Of a DNA stretch of 64,000 bases, positions 37,904-47,295 are shown piece after piece. The notes under the pieces were generated by a model, which made no database searches, was not told the origin of the DNA, and was given only the letters and a program-made list of their open reading frames with translations. Made by a program: the position numbers and the translations under genes. Every line of letters begins with the position of its first letter. Within the stretch, counting starts at the first letter, position 1. Origin of the DNA: an uncultured Fodinibius sp. (GTDB lineage: Bacteria; Bacteroidota; Rhodothermia; Balneolales; Balneolaceae); the NCBI GenBank assembly GCA_913056235.1, contig CAJXMW010000004.1:334364-398363 (forward strand), in the 5' to 3' direction.

Positions 37904-39049
37904 TTGGAGGGTCTTATGGATTCAATCAAAGTGCTTATCCTAGATGAAAATGTACTTGTTAGACGTGCTGTATCAAATATTCTAAATAAATATGATGTAT
38001 TCGATGTATTTTGGATGGCCGATCGGTCGCAGGATGTTACAGAAGTGATAAATCAGAATTATCCGGATGTAGCGTTGCTGAACATCGATAATATGGAGTC
38101 CTCCGGTTTTACTATCCTGAATACGCTGCGTATGAATTTTCCAAATTTGCCGGTCATTGTCATTTCTCCACGTGATAATGAAGGAGCCGAAGCCGCAATT
38201 AATGCCCTGCGAATGGGAGCGATTGATTTTATCAGCAAACCGGCACACAAGAACCTGATACTATTTGCAGAACGACACCTTGAAAAGCGACTTGGTCCCA
38301 TTATCAAGGCAGCGAAGAAAATTCGTGAACGGCATCATTTGAACGAGGAGATCCTGCAAACGCTGGTTCATCCCCAAAAAACGTTTGAACAAATTGGTAG
38401 TGATCCCAAAGCAGATACCCCTGCGGAACTGGTCGTGATAGGTGGATGCACGGGGGGCACACAAACACTGTTTTCGCTGATTTCAGAATTGCCGGATGAT
38501 TTGGAAGTGCCTGTGGTTGTTGTGCAACACCTGCCGCGCATATATACGGCATACTTGGCCCAAAAATTAGATTCCGTGGCTCATGTTAACGTGCGTGAAG
38601 TACAGGATGGAGATCCGCTAGAGGGAGGTAATGTATGGATAGCACCTGGTGGTTATCAGTGTGAAGTAGGGTTGTCAGGTTATCAAAAAGTGTTGAAAAC
38701 ACATCGGGGCATGCGCGAAAATAATATGCGGCCTTCTATCGACATCCTTTTCCGGTCTGCAGCTAAAGTATATGGCAAGAAGACGCTCGGGATATTATTG
38801 AGTGGCTGTGGCTATGATGGGCTGTCGGGCGCAGAAGATATTCGAAATATGGGTGGACAACTTATTACACAGGATCCACGAACTGCCATAGCTGCCGAGC
38901 TTCCGCTTGCCGCTATCCGTAATGGGTTGACCAGAGAGTATTATTCACCGGAAGACTTAGCTAAACAAATTGTATATCGAGTTGCTCGTGTTAATGAGAC
39001 TTCTGTTGAGGGGGAAACCGATAGGGTTGGCAGTTCACTTTTATTTTAG
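37904..39049 (+). CDS. cheB: CheB-like REC + methylesterase protein with atypical active sites
   Basis: REC 'KVLILDE...ALLNIDNM...GAIDFISKP'; esterase 'VVIGGCTGG', 'VVQHLP', 'RPSIDILFRS', 'LLSGCGYDG' and 'QDPRTA'. Confidence 0.85.
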   Translation: MEGLMDSIKVLILDENVLVRRAVSNILNKYDVFDVFWMADRSQDVTEVINQNYPDVALLNIDNMESSGFTILNTLRMNFPNLPVIVISPRDNEGAEAAINALRMGAIDFISKPAHKNLILFAERHLEKRLGPIIKAAKKIRERHHLNEEILQTLVHPQKTFEQIGSDPKADTPAELVVIGGCTGGTQTLFSLISELPDDLEVPVVVVQHLPRIYTAYLAQKLDSVAHVNVREVQDGDPLEGGNVWIAPGGYQCEVGLSGYQKVLKTHRGMRENNMRPSIDILFRSAAKVYGKKTLGILLSGCGYDGLSGAEDIRNMGGQLITQDPRTAIAAELPLAAIRNGLTREYYSPEDLAKQIVYRVARVNETSVEGETDRVGSSLLF

Positions 39050-39105
39050 TGAAAAAAATAAATAGAAGCTATATACCAGCGCAAATAGCTGGAGTGTAAA
39101 TACAG

Positions 39106-41769
39106 ATGGACAGATCAGGTGATGGTAAAGTAAACATACAATCTCCATGGTCGCTGGAAAAAGAGACGGTACTTGAGAAGCTGAACAGTGATGCGCAGCA
39201 AGGCTTGTCAGAATCGGAAGTAACCCGGCGTCTGCAAGATTATGGTCCTAATGTGCTGAGGAGACATGAAGAAAGGAGTCTACTGAGTATTTTGTGGGAT
39301 CAGTTCAAAAGTATCATTATTGCACTTCTTGTAGCCGCGGCTCTATTTGCGTTTTGGCTGGGCGAAATTATCGACGGTTCGGCCATTGTCGTTGTAATTC
39401 TGTTGAATACCTTGATTGGTTTTGTTACCGAGTTACGGGCCGTACGATCCATGGAGGCCCTCTTCAAATTGGGTGAAGTTAAAACGCGGGTACTCCGTGG
39501 TGGTAACGTACAAGAGATCGATGCCCAGAAGCTGGTTCCCGGTGATATTGTGCTTGTTGAGGGTGGGGATATTATTACTGCTGATATGCGAATTGTTGAT
39601 AGCTCAAAACTCCAGGCCGATGAATCGGCATTAACTGGAGAAAGCCTCCCTGTTACGAAGAAAAATAAGGCCGTTGCGGCTGATACGGTACTTGCAGAAC
39701 GCAGTAGTATGCTGTACAAAGGTACAGCGGTTACGCGCGGGGCCGGTGAAGCTGTCGTGGTTGCGACCGGCTTGCAAACAGAACTTGGGCATATTTCATC
39801 GCTTGTAGAAGAGGCCGAAGATGAGCAGACGCCGCTGCAGGAACGTCTTGATACACTCGGCTATCGGCTGATTGGAGTGACGCTTGTTATTGCAGTTTTT
39901 GTAATCGGATCGGGTATAGTAGCTGGTAAAAAAATGTACCTGATGATAGAGACTGGTATAGCTTTGGCCGTAGCAGCTATTCCGGAGGGCCTACCCATTG
40001 TGGCAACCATTGCACTGGCCAAAGGCGTCCGCATTATGGGTAAGAAAAATGCCCTCATCAACAGACTTTCGTCGGTTGAGACATTAGGCTCAACCGGAGT
40101 GATCTGTACGGACAAAACCGGCACTCTGACAGAGAACAAAATGACGGTAACACAGATATATCTGCCAGATAGAGAGCCGGTGAAGCCTGAAAAGGATCTT
40201 GATTCCGGGGATGAGCAGCACGACAGCAAATTGGATGCTGATATTAGACTCGCACTTGAAACTGGTACTCTTTGTAATAATGCTACGCTTAACACCAAAG
40301 AGGATGATGGGACCGGCGATCCGATGGAGATCGCTTTGTTACAAGTGGCACGTAAAGGGGGAGTGGATATCGCAGAACTAAGCCATCGCTATCCCGAAGA
40401 AAGGGAAGAGGCTTTTGATCCTGAAGTTAAAATGATGGCTACCTGGAATCAGCAGGAAAAGGGTTTTAAGGTGAGCGTAAAAGGAGCTCCAGGTGCCGTC
40501 TTGGAAGCCTGCAGTACCGTTATGATGGATGGCAATACTATGGCTTTGGACGAAGAACAAAGACAACATTGGCAGAAGGTTAATGAAGATCTAGCCGCCC
40601 AGGGATTACGTATTATCGGTCTTGCCGTAAAAGAAGTGGAAGAGGTTGACGGAAATCCATACCAGGATTTATCGTGGGTTGGATTAGTAGCTCTCGCTGA
40701 TCCCCCGCGGACCGACATCAAGCCCGTTATAGAGCAGTGCTATCAGGCAGGGATACGAGTTGTGATGGTAACGGGTGATCAGGTAGCGACGGCTAAATAT
40801 ATAGCAGAATCAATTGGGTTACAGAATGCCGATCTGGTCATCCACGGGAATGAGCTGGTAACCGATACTGATAAATCAAATTCAGAGTTGTTGAAGGCCG
40901 CAGTTTTTGCTCGCATAAGCCCACAGCAAAAACTTGATCTTATTGGTCTGTTTCAGGGTCAGGGACAGATTGTGGCTATGACTGGCGACGGCGTTAATGA
41001 TGCCCCCGCTCTCAAAAAAGCCGATATTGGTATAGCTATGGGACAGCGTGGGACACAGGTGGCTCGCGAAGCAGCTGATATGGTGCTCACAGATGATGCT
41101 TTTTCATCCATTGTGACTGCCATTGAACAGGGAAGGGTCATCTTTGGGAACATCCGACGGTTTATCTATTACCTAATGTCGTGTAATGTTAGTGAAGTGA
41201 TGGTAGTTGGATTGGCGTCGTTGTTAGGTACACCGTTACCCATCCTGCCGCTGCAAATCCTTTTCTTAAATCTGGTGACCGATGTATTTCCAGCTCTAGC
41301 CCTTGGCGTGGGCGAAGGCGAAGAAGGAATTATGCAGCATCCGCCGCGCGATCCGGATAATCCTATCCTTGGCAAAAAGCAATGGTTAGGTATTGCTTTC
41401 TATGGTTTCATAATCACACTTTCTGTGTTGGGAGCCCTGTTTATTGCCTTGCATTATCTGGAATTGCCTGCTCGTGAGGCGGTAACAATTTCTTTTGTAA
41501 CACTGGCAATGGCCCAGCTGTGGCATGTGTTCAATATGATTGGCCCAAATGCAAACCTTTTTGATAACACCATCACCCGGAATCCATACATTTGGGGAGC
41601 GTTGGTACTTTGTTTAGGATTATTGGGAGTAGCACTTTATGTACCTGCAATAGCAAGTGTACTAGAGGTAAGTGCCCCACATTTATATGGATGGATCACC
41701 GTGCTGGGAATGAGCTTGATCCCGTTTGTAGTAGGGCGGTTAAGAAAGGTTCGGTCATTGGGTGAATAA
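39106..41769 (+). CDS. Cation-translocating P-type ATPase (type II, Ca2+/CtpF-like)
   Basis: 'ALTGES', 'VAAIPEGLP', 'CTDKTGT', 'MVTGD', 'GDGVNDAPAL' and 'LNLVTDVFPALALG'. Confidence 0.95.
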   Translation: MDRSGDGKVNIQSPWSLEKETVLEKLNSDAQQGLSESEVTRRLQDYGPNVLRRHEERSLLSILWDQFKSIIIALLVAAALFAFWLGEIIDGSAIVVVILLNTLIGFVTELRAVRSMEALFKLGEVKTRVLRGGNVQEIDAQKLVPGDIVLVEGGDIITADMRIVDSSKLQADESALTGESLPVTKKNKAVAADTVLAERSSMLYKGTAVTRGAGEAVVVATGLQTELGHISSLVEEAEDEQTPLQERLDTLGYRLIGVTLVIAVFVIGSGIVAGKKMYLMIETGIALAVAAIPEGLPIVATIALAKGVRIMGKKNALINRLSSVETLGSTGVICTDKTGTLTENKMTVTQIYLPDREPVKPEKDLDSGDEQHDSKLDADIRLALETGTLCNNATLNTKEDDGTGDPMEIALLQVARKGGVDIAELSHRYPEEREEAFDPEVKMMATWNQQEKGFKVSVKGAPGAVLEACSTVMMDGNTMALDEEQRQHWQKVNEDLAAQGLRIIGLAVKEVEEVDGNPYQDLSWVGLVALADPPRTDIKPVIEQCYQAGIRVVMVTGDQVATAKYIAESIGLQNADLVIHGNELVTDTDKSNSELLKAAVFARISPQQKLDLIGLFQGQGQIVAMTGDGVNDAPALKKADIGIAMGQRGTQVAREAADMVLTDDAFSSIVTAIEQGRVIFGNIRRFIYYLMSCNVSEVMVVGLASLLGTPLPILPLQILFLNLVTDVFPALALGVGEGEEGIMQHPPRDPDNPILGKKQWLGIAFYGFIITLSVLGALFIALHYLELPAREAVTISFVTLAMAQLWHVFNMIGPNANLFDNTITRNPYIWGALVLCLGLLGVALYVPAIASVLEVSAPHLYGWITVLGMSLIPFVVGRLRKVRSLGE

Positions 41770-41774
41770 CATAA

Positions 41775-42090
41775 TTACTTAATGATGCCCGCCTTTCGCA
41801 CTCCTTGGTAATCAATAATATGGCTTTCATTCCACTGTTGGTCGCCATCTTTTAAGATAAGCTGATAATAACTGCAAACTGACTTTTCAAATTCTAGACT
41901 TAGAATGATGTAGAGGTTCTTTTCTTCTTTGGCGAATCCCATTTTATTATTCCAGTGATCAAGGAAGATAAAGTCTTGATTTTCAGCAATATCATGGCAA
42001 AGATCCGGGTGTTGGCCAATCATTTTTTCGAGAAATTCCGTAACTAGCCGGATTTCACGCTGATTAAATTGCTTTTTTTGAAAATAGCAT
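41775..42090 (-). pseudogene. Small hypothetical protein, apparently frameshifted in an A7 run
   Basis: ATG CTA TTT TCA AAA AAA GCA ATT TAA; removing one A gives MLFSKKQFNQREIRLVTEFLEK fused in frame to the 82-aa ORF 41775-42023. Confidence 0.4.
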
Positions 42091-42224
42091 GGTAGTGGGC
42101 TCTCTCGTTTAGTATGTTAATTACTAAACTATACGAAAAAAATAATTAAAACCCTATGCCATTATATATCTAAGTTAAAGTTACCTTTCTCAAGTAATAC
42201 ATGGAGTTTCGCTGATTAGTGGAT

Positions 42225-42326
42225 AATCCATTTAATCTCTCAATGGTCATTCAATACCAGATGCCCAAACACAGCGATATGAAATTGGTGGTATACGAAG
42301 TATTAGAACTGGAAACGCTTAAGTGA
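42225..42326 (+). pseudogene. Remnant of a T9SS/Por secretion C-terminal domain
   Basis: Hand translation NPFNLSMVIQYQMPKHSDMKLVVYEVL resembles the NPFNPxTxIxYxLPxxxxVxLxVYDxLG motif; no upstream gene body. Confidence 0.55.
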
Positions 42327-42342
42327 CTTCAACCTTTAGAGC

Positions 42343-42747
42343 ATGTGGCTGTGCATGAAGTATGAAATTCCTGAGATGCTGAAAGGTAGAGAAGGTGCCA
42401 TCGTGAATGTATCATCTATAGCGGGACTCTTGGGCTCAACGGGTATTCCGGCATATGTATCCAGCAACCACTGAATCAATAGCTTAACAAAAACCGCGGC
42501 CTTGGATTATGCTGATAAAAAACTTCGTATTAATTCCGTATGTCCGGGTGCAATTCAAACGCCCATGATTGATAGGTTTGTGGGAGGAGCGACAAAAGAA
42601 CGCAATGAGTTGGTTGCCCAATATCCGATGGGCAGATTTGGTCGGTCGCAAGAAGTAGCGGAAGCCATTGTCTGGTTTTATTCCAACAAAGCATCATTTA
42701 TCACTGGTCAAACATTGGCCGTTGACGGTGAATTTATAGTACATTAA
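42343..42747 (+). pseudogene. SDR-family oxidoreductase, C-terminal half with internal stop
   Basis: WLCMKYEIPEML..GAIVNVSSIAGL..GIPAYVSSNH*INSLTKTAALDYA..RINSVCPGAIQTPM; in-frame TGA at 42472-42474; the N-terminal Rossmann part is missing. Confidence 0.8.
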
Positions 42748-42865
42748 CGGTGAAAAGGCTCGGTATTTTAGTCATTATCCGGGTTGGAATTGCTTCCATT
42801 ATATTTCATGTTTAGGGCATGCTATCGCGAACTAAAAAGCAAATAGTATAGACTCGATTATTATC

Positions 42866-45100
42866 ATGAGCAATATTTTAATCACCGATCTTGAACACCA
42901 GGGACCCGGCGATATTCTGGGAGCAATCAGTGGGGAAACTGATGTTGATCCCGGGTTAATTGGTAATATTGACATTGAAAATTCCAGAGCCCTTGTAGAA
43001 GTAGGTAATGGCCAGGCACAGGAACTTGCTTCGCAGCTGGATGGTCGAAAGGTTGGTAATTCCCGCGTTTCGGTGAGCAGGGTGACCGTCGAAGACCAAG
43101 CAAACATCAAAGATATATTGAACTATATTGATCAATTTCGCCGGCTTGTAGAGCTAGAGCGCAAACAGGAGATGCGCGAGCACGAACAGAGTATCCTGAA
43201 TTTATCTGCTGAGCAGCGAGAAGCCCAAGGGAAAGCCATTCTGCATCTGAAAGGCCGAGATGAAGGTATGGCGCTGGAAGGAAAGCTGGTAAAGTTTTTG
43301 CGGCAGCACTCCGGCGAACCTCTGCCGGATACTGAAATTGCTGTTGGCGATCTGGTCATGCTCTCACGAAAAGATCCACTGCTTGATGATAATCCAACGG
43401 GGACCGTGGTTGAAAAGACCAATTACTCGATGACCGTTGCTTTTGATCAGCCCCGAAGCTTCTTGTTTGGCAAGGGATTGCGTATGGACCTGTATGTTAA
43501 TGATATCACCTATCAGCGCATGAAAGAAGCATTGGTCCAGCTACAGGATGCCGATGGTCGATTGGCGGAGCTGAGAAATATCTTTGTGGGTCTCCAATCC
43601 CCGGAAGAGTCTGCCCAAGCCGAGATTGAGCAGTGGTTTAATGAGCAGCTCAATGAATCGCAGAAAGAGGCAGTTGCCTATAGTGTAGGTGCCGAAGATG
43701 TCCATCTTATCCACGGACCGCCGGGCACCGGTAAAACAACAACAGCAATAGAAGTGATTGAACAGGCGGTGGCCGAGGGCCAAAAAGTGTTGGCCACAGC
43801 TGCATCGAACACGGCCGTTGATAACATACTGGATTTTCTGCTGGATCGTGGGGTGGAGGCCGTCAGAGTAGGTCACCCGGCCCGCGTTACACCTCAGTTG
43901 AAAGAACATACGCTCGACAGCCTGATCCGGGAACACGAGAAGCATCAGGAATCGGAAAAGCTGCGTAACAAGGCTTTTGATTTAAAGGATCAGCAGGATG
44001 AGCATACTCATCCGTCGGGCAAGTATCGACGGGGCATGAGTAACAAGAAAATCAAACAGCTAGCTGAGCAGGGCAGTAGCTCCAGAGGTGTTTCTGAGGA
44101 GAAAATAAGATCAATGGCCCGTTGGATTCAGCTGCAGGAAGAAATCGATGAGCTTTTCGAAGAGGCCGATGAGTTGCGCGAAGAGGCTGTGGATGAAGTG
44201 CTGAGTGACAAGCAGGTGATTTGCACAACCAACAGTACTGCTGGCAGCGATCTCTTAGAGAATCGATCGTTTGATCTTGTTGTGATTGACGAAGCAACAC
44301 AAGCCACCGAGCCGAGTTGTCTAATTCCGATCTCCCATGGCAACAAAGTGGTTATGGCCGGCGATCATCGCCAGCTGCCACCAACGGTCAAAAATATGGA
44401 GGCTATAGAAGAAGGGCTGAAAGAGACTCTCTTTGAACGTCTGGCAGAAAATCATCCCGGGAACAAGAGTATGCTTCGCATGCAATACCGCATGCACCAG
44501 GATATTATGAGATTCTCCAGCGAGCAGTTTTACGATGGCCAGCTTGAGGCTGACGAAAGTGTTCGAGAACATCTGCTTTCTGATTTCGATCTTGATGAGA
44601 ATTCGTTTGATAATAATGTTGCCCGGATTTTAAATACCACAGAGCCGGTTACTTTTGTGGATACTTCGGATATCGATGCCCGGGAGCGTAGTCGGCAGGG
44701 TTCTACATCAAAGGAAAATCCTGAGGAAGCGCTGCTGGTAGCCAAGCTGGCTGATAACCTGCTGCGAGCAGGAATGAATCCTGAGGATATAGCCGTCATA
44801 AGTCCGTATCACGATCAGGTTGATCTGGTGGATCGCAAGATTGGTGTCGAAGATCTGGAAGTCAAAACGGTAGATGGGTTCCAGGGACGGGAAAAAGAGG
44901 CAGTAATCATATCTCTGACCCGCAGTAATGCTAAAAATGCAATTGGCTTCCTGGAAGATGTGCGTCGGCTAAATGTTTCATTGACCCGCGCCAAACGTAA
45001 GCTGATTGTGGTAGGGGATCGTTCGACGATAACCAGTCATAAAACTTATCAGCGGTTCGTGGATTATGTGGAAGAACAGGGAACAGTAGTTGAACTGTAA
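42866..45100 (+). CDS. SF1 helicase, IGHMBP2/Upf1-like, with N-terminal DbpA-type RNA-binding domain
   Basis: N-terminal '[24 protein letters not shown]...ALVEV'; '[11 protein letters not shown]', 'VIDEATQ', '[10 protein letters not shown]', 'QYRMH', '[11 protein letters not shown]' and '[11 protein letters not shown]'. Confidence 0.9.
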   Translation: MSNILITDLEHQGPGDILGAISGETDVDPGLIGNIDIENSRALVEVGNGQAQELASQLDGRKVGNSRVSVSRVTVEDQANIKDILNYIDQFRRLVELERKQEMREHEQSILNLSAEQREAQGKAILHLKGRDEGMALEGKLVKFLRQHSGEPLPDTEIAVGDLVMLSRKDPLLDDNPTGTVVEKTNYSMTVAFDQPRSFLFGKGLRMDLYVNDITYQRMKEALVQLQDADGRLAELRNIFVGLQSPEESAQAEIEQWFNEQLNESQKEAVAYSVGAEDVHLIHGPPGTGKTTTAIEVIEQAVAEGQKVLATAASNTAVDNILDFLLDRGVEAVRVGHPARVTPQLKEHTLDSLIREHEKHQESEKLRNKAFDLKDQQDEHTHPSGKYRRGMSNKKIKQLAEQGSSSRGVSEEKIRSMARWIQLQEEIDELFEEADELREEAVDEVLSDKQVICTTNSTAGSDLLENRSFDLVVIDEATQATEPSCLIPISHGNKVVMAGDHRQLPPTVKNMEAIEEGLKETLFERLAENHPGNKSMLRMQYRMHQDIMRFSSEQFYDGQLEADESVREHLLSDFDLDENSFDNNVARILNTTEPVTFVDTSDIDARERSRQGSTSKENPEEALLVAKLADNLLRAGMNPEDIAVISPYHDQVDLVDRKIGVEDLEVKTVDGFQGREKEAVIISLTRSNAKNAIGFLEDVRRLNVSLTRAKRKLIVVGDRSTITSHKTYQRFVDYVEEQGTVVEL

Positions 45101-45131
45101 ATTTTGAGCTGATTTAGAAAATACTAAAAGA

Positions 45132-45163
45132 AACCCTGAAAGGGTTCAAAACCTTTCAGGGTT
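45132..45163. repeat. REP-like palindrome AACCCTGAAAGGGTTCAAAACCTTTCAGGGTT
   Basis: Near-identical copy at 51937-51969; both lie between convergent genes. Confidence 0.7.
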
Positions 45164-45551
45164 AAATTATATAAAATAAGCCCGTGATTTCCTTTCGCCC
45201 CGAATTACCGGGATTCAAGTTCTGGAGGTATAATCTCAGTCCCGTTAGGGACACCCTCAACCACTGGCTTTGATGTCAGCACTTTTCATGTGCCAACAAA
45301 TGCAATAACTAAAAGACTCTCTCTCTCAAAAAAAGACCGTTGCACACTTCCGAATGTACCTTGTAGGGCATGGATCCGAGAAGAAGCCGACGGTCATTGA
45401 TTCTAGGCTTGTTATCCCGTGCACCGTAGCGCCCGTGAAACTGTGCAATTTCAAAATGTCAATTTCTCTCTCTCAGTATACTCCCTCTTGATTCTGTAAT
45501 TAATATAACAGCTGTCGATAGATTCGTATGTAGGCTGTCGCTGTAATTGAC

Positions 45552-45570
45552 TGTGGAAGTTTAACCTACA
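45552..45570. promoter_or_regulatory. 7-5-7 palindrome copy (TGTGGAA GTTTA ACCTACA)
   Basis: Intergenic; additional TGTAGGC half-site at 45529. Confidence 0.45.
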
Positions 45571-45698
45571 ATTCGTAAGAGTTATACCTTCTCAGTTTGT
45601 GGCGATTTCTCCTGTTTATATTCCATCACCTTCAATAGGGCAGGCAACAGGAGAACCTGTTCGAGCTTTTTAAAAAGTGTTTCCATGGGCCGTTTCCG

Positions 45699-46820
45699 TT
45701 AGATGGAGTTGACCCTCAGCTGCCAGAAGTAACTAAACAGTGTACCAAGGCCGAAGAATATCAGTAACAGGTTGAGAAATGGACCTGCATAGGGCAGGGC
45801 TGTGAGTATGGCAATTAATATCATACCGAGGGCCAGTCCCCAGAAATAATCAGTATAGACTTCTGTGGCTTTGAAATAACGGATGCTTTTGGTTCCCAGT
45901 GTCAGAGCTACCAGCAAGAAGCTTACAAACAGGGCCAGGCCGTAGAGCATCATCACAATGAACGAAAGCGGAATAGTGAGGATGAGGACTATCAGAATGA
46001 TGATAGCGATGGGGATAGCCAGGAATAACAGTAATCCCAGACCGGTGTTCCGTAGGTAACGTTCGGTCGAAAAGCGGTACAGGTCGGTCATCGTTTCGCG
46101 GAATACCAGAATCAGAATAATGCCAATAATAAGCATCGACACATAGAACCAAATGCTGAAGAGTAGTGCCGTTCCCCAGGCTTCATCGGGATCCTCGACA
46201 ATGATATTCAAATCTGCCGGCGCATTTTTGATGTCTTCTCTGGTAATCTCATGTGGAGTTGAAATGGTTGTACTTGAGGCCGGCTTATAAGCTTCACCGA
46301 ATGCAATATCATTGCCGTAGAGTTCTACAAAGTTGTTTGCCGTTCCATTGACCATAATATCGTTGCCGGCGATCCGCAGCCAACCGTCCACGGTTCCCCC
46401 TTCGAAGATGATCTCATTGCCGGCCAGCGCTACATTGCCCCTGATGTGTGCATTCGCCGCTATCCGAACCTCATTGCCCGCTGCAAAGAGGTCGCCTGCC
46501 ACTTCACCATCGATGACGATTGTTTCTCCGGCAGCTATCAGCATATCGCCAACCGAGCCCCGGAGCGTTACCGACTGTGCTACAACGATAGCATCATCGC
46601 TTACCAAGCCGTGAATGGTCAGGTTGCGCGAAGCTGCAAAAATATCATCACCGAGATATCCAAATACATCCACGAACTGCCCGGCTGCTATTACATTCGT
46701 TGAAATCGTATCACTTTCATTAATTCGCACGGTGGTTCCAAATCGGTAGTCCGATCCCTGTGCTACCAAAAGTACCGGTAATGCCAACGCCATCATTCCC
46801 GTCAAGATGAATTGTCTCAT
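45699..46820 (-). CDS. Polymer-forming cytoskeletal (bactofilin-like beta-helix) membrane protein
   Basis: Signal peptide; repeats '(I/V)xGxVxDD(A/L)xxAG', 'IDGEVAGDLFAAG' and 'AHIRGNV'; C-terminal multi-TM region ending 'FGLGTL'. Confidence 0.75.
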   Translation of the reverse strand: MRQFILTGMMALALPVLLVAQGSDYRFGTTVRINESDTISTNVIAAGQFVDVFGYLGDDIFAASRNLTIHGLVSDDAIVVAQSVTLRGSVGDMLIAAGETIVIDGEVAGDLFAAGNEVRIAANAHIRGNVALAGNEIIFEGGTVDGWLRIAGNDIMVNGTANNFVELYGNDIAFGEAYKPASSTTISTPHEITREDIKNAPADLNIIVEDPDEAWGTALLFSIWFYVSMLIIGIILILVFRETMTDLYRFSTERYLRNTGLGLLLFLAIPIAIIILIVLILTIPLSFIVMMLYGLALFVSFLLVALTLGTKSIRYFKATEVYTDYFWGLALGMILIAILTALPYAGPFLNLLLIFFGLGTLFSYFWQLRVNSI

Positions 46821-46933
46821 AATGAACTCCCTTAGTTGTTTGGCCAAAGTTATTTATAGGCAGAATAATTATTTAACGAATGGCATTTTGCAGGATGATA
46901 CCGCCGATACTGTACCGGATAGAAGGTAATTTC

Positions 46934-46952
46934 TGTAGGTATTTTGCCTACA
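46934..46952. promoter_or_regulatory. 7-5-7 palindrome copy (TGTAGGT ATTTT GCCTACA; extends to TTCTGTAGG...CCTACAGAA)
   Basis: About 110 bp upstream of the bactofilin-like gene; the most perfect copy. Confidence 0.65.
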
Positions 46953-47187
46953 GAATGAATGAGGGCAGTGTGCTAATCAACTGATATAGAATGATTTAAT
47001 GAACTGGAGTTGCTTTTATTCGTATTATTGAGATTAATTGAGTTGGGATGTAGTTCTATTTCAATCAAAACTAAACAGGGAGCACATTATAGATTTATCA
47101 AATATTAATTTTTTGGCGGTTATCGCTCACAGTGATGGGGCTCATACTCGGGGCTTGGCACTAATCCAATAAAAATTTGGTTATTTA

Positions 47188-47220
47188 AGATCCCCGGAGT
47201 TTTGGAATCTCTGGGGATCT
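47188..47220. repeat. Hairpin (REP-like or terminator)
   Basis: AGATCCCCGGAG-ttttggaat-CTCTGGGGATCT, a 12-bp stem with one G.U pair. Confidence 0.5.
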
Positions 47221-47295
47221 CTAGTTTTAGTTGATATTTAATACGCTTTTGAATTTTTTCAGATTCACTCAAAACCAACTCAATCTTTGATCGTT

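Noticed and set aside
37904-39049. A chemotaxis operon
   Set aside because: No cheA, cheW, cheR, cheY or chemoreceptor genes are in the window.
42472-42474. In-frame TGA as selenocysteine or readthrough
   Set aside because: The position corresponds to a conserved Gly (SKHG, GGA to TGA), the catalytic Lys is also altered, and the N-terminal half of the SDR is missing: a pseudogene.
45326-45474. Possible minus-strand gene remnant (EIAQFHGRYGARDNKPRINDRRLLLGSMPYKVHSEVCNGLF) bracketed by (CT)n runs, downstream of a palindrome copy
   Set aside because: It has no start codon in frame and I cannot assign it to a family; tBLASTn would be needed.
24100-47280. Defining the 24-47 kb region as a discrete mobile genomic island
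   Set aside because: I found no integrase, transposase, tRNA anchor or flanking direct repeat; it is reported only as an accessory, co-regulated region.
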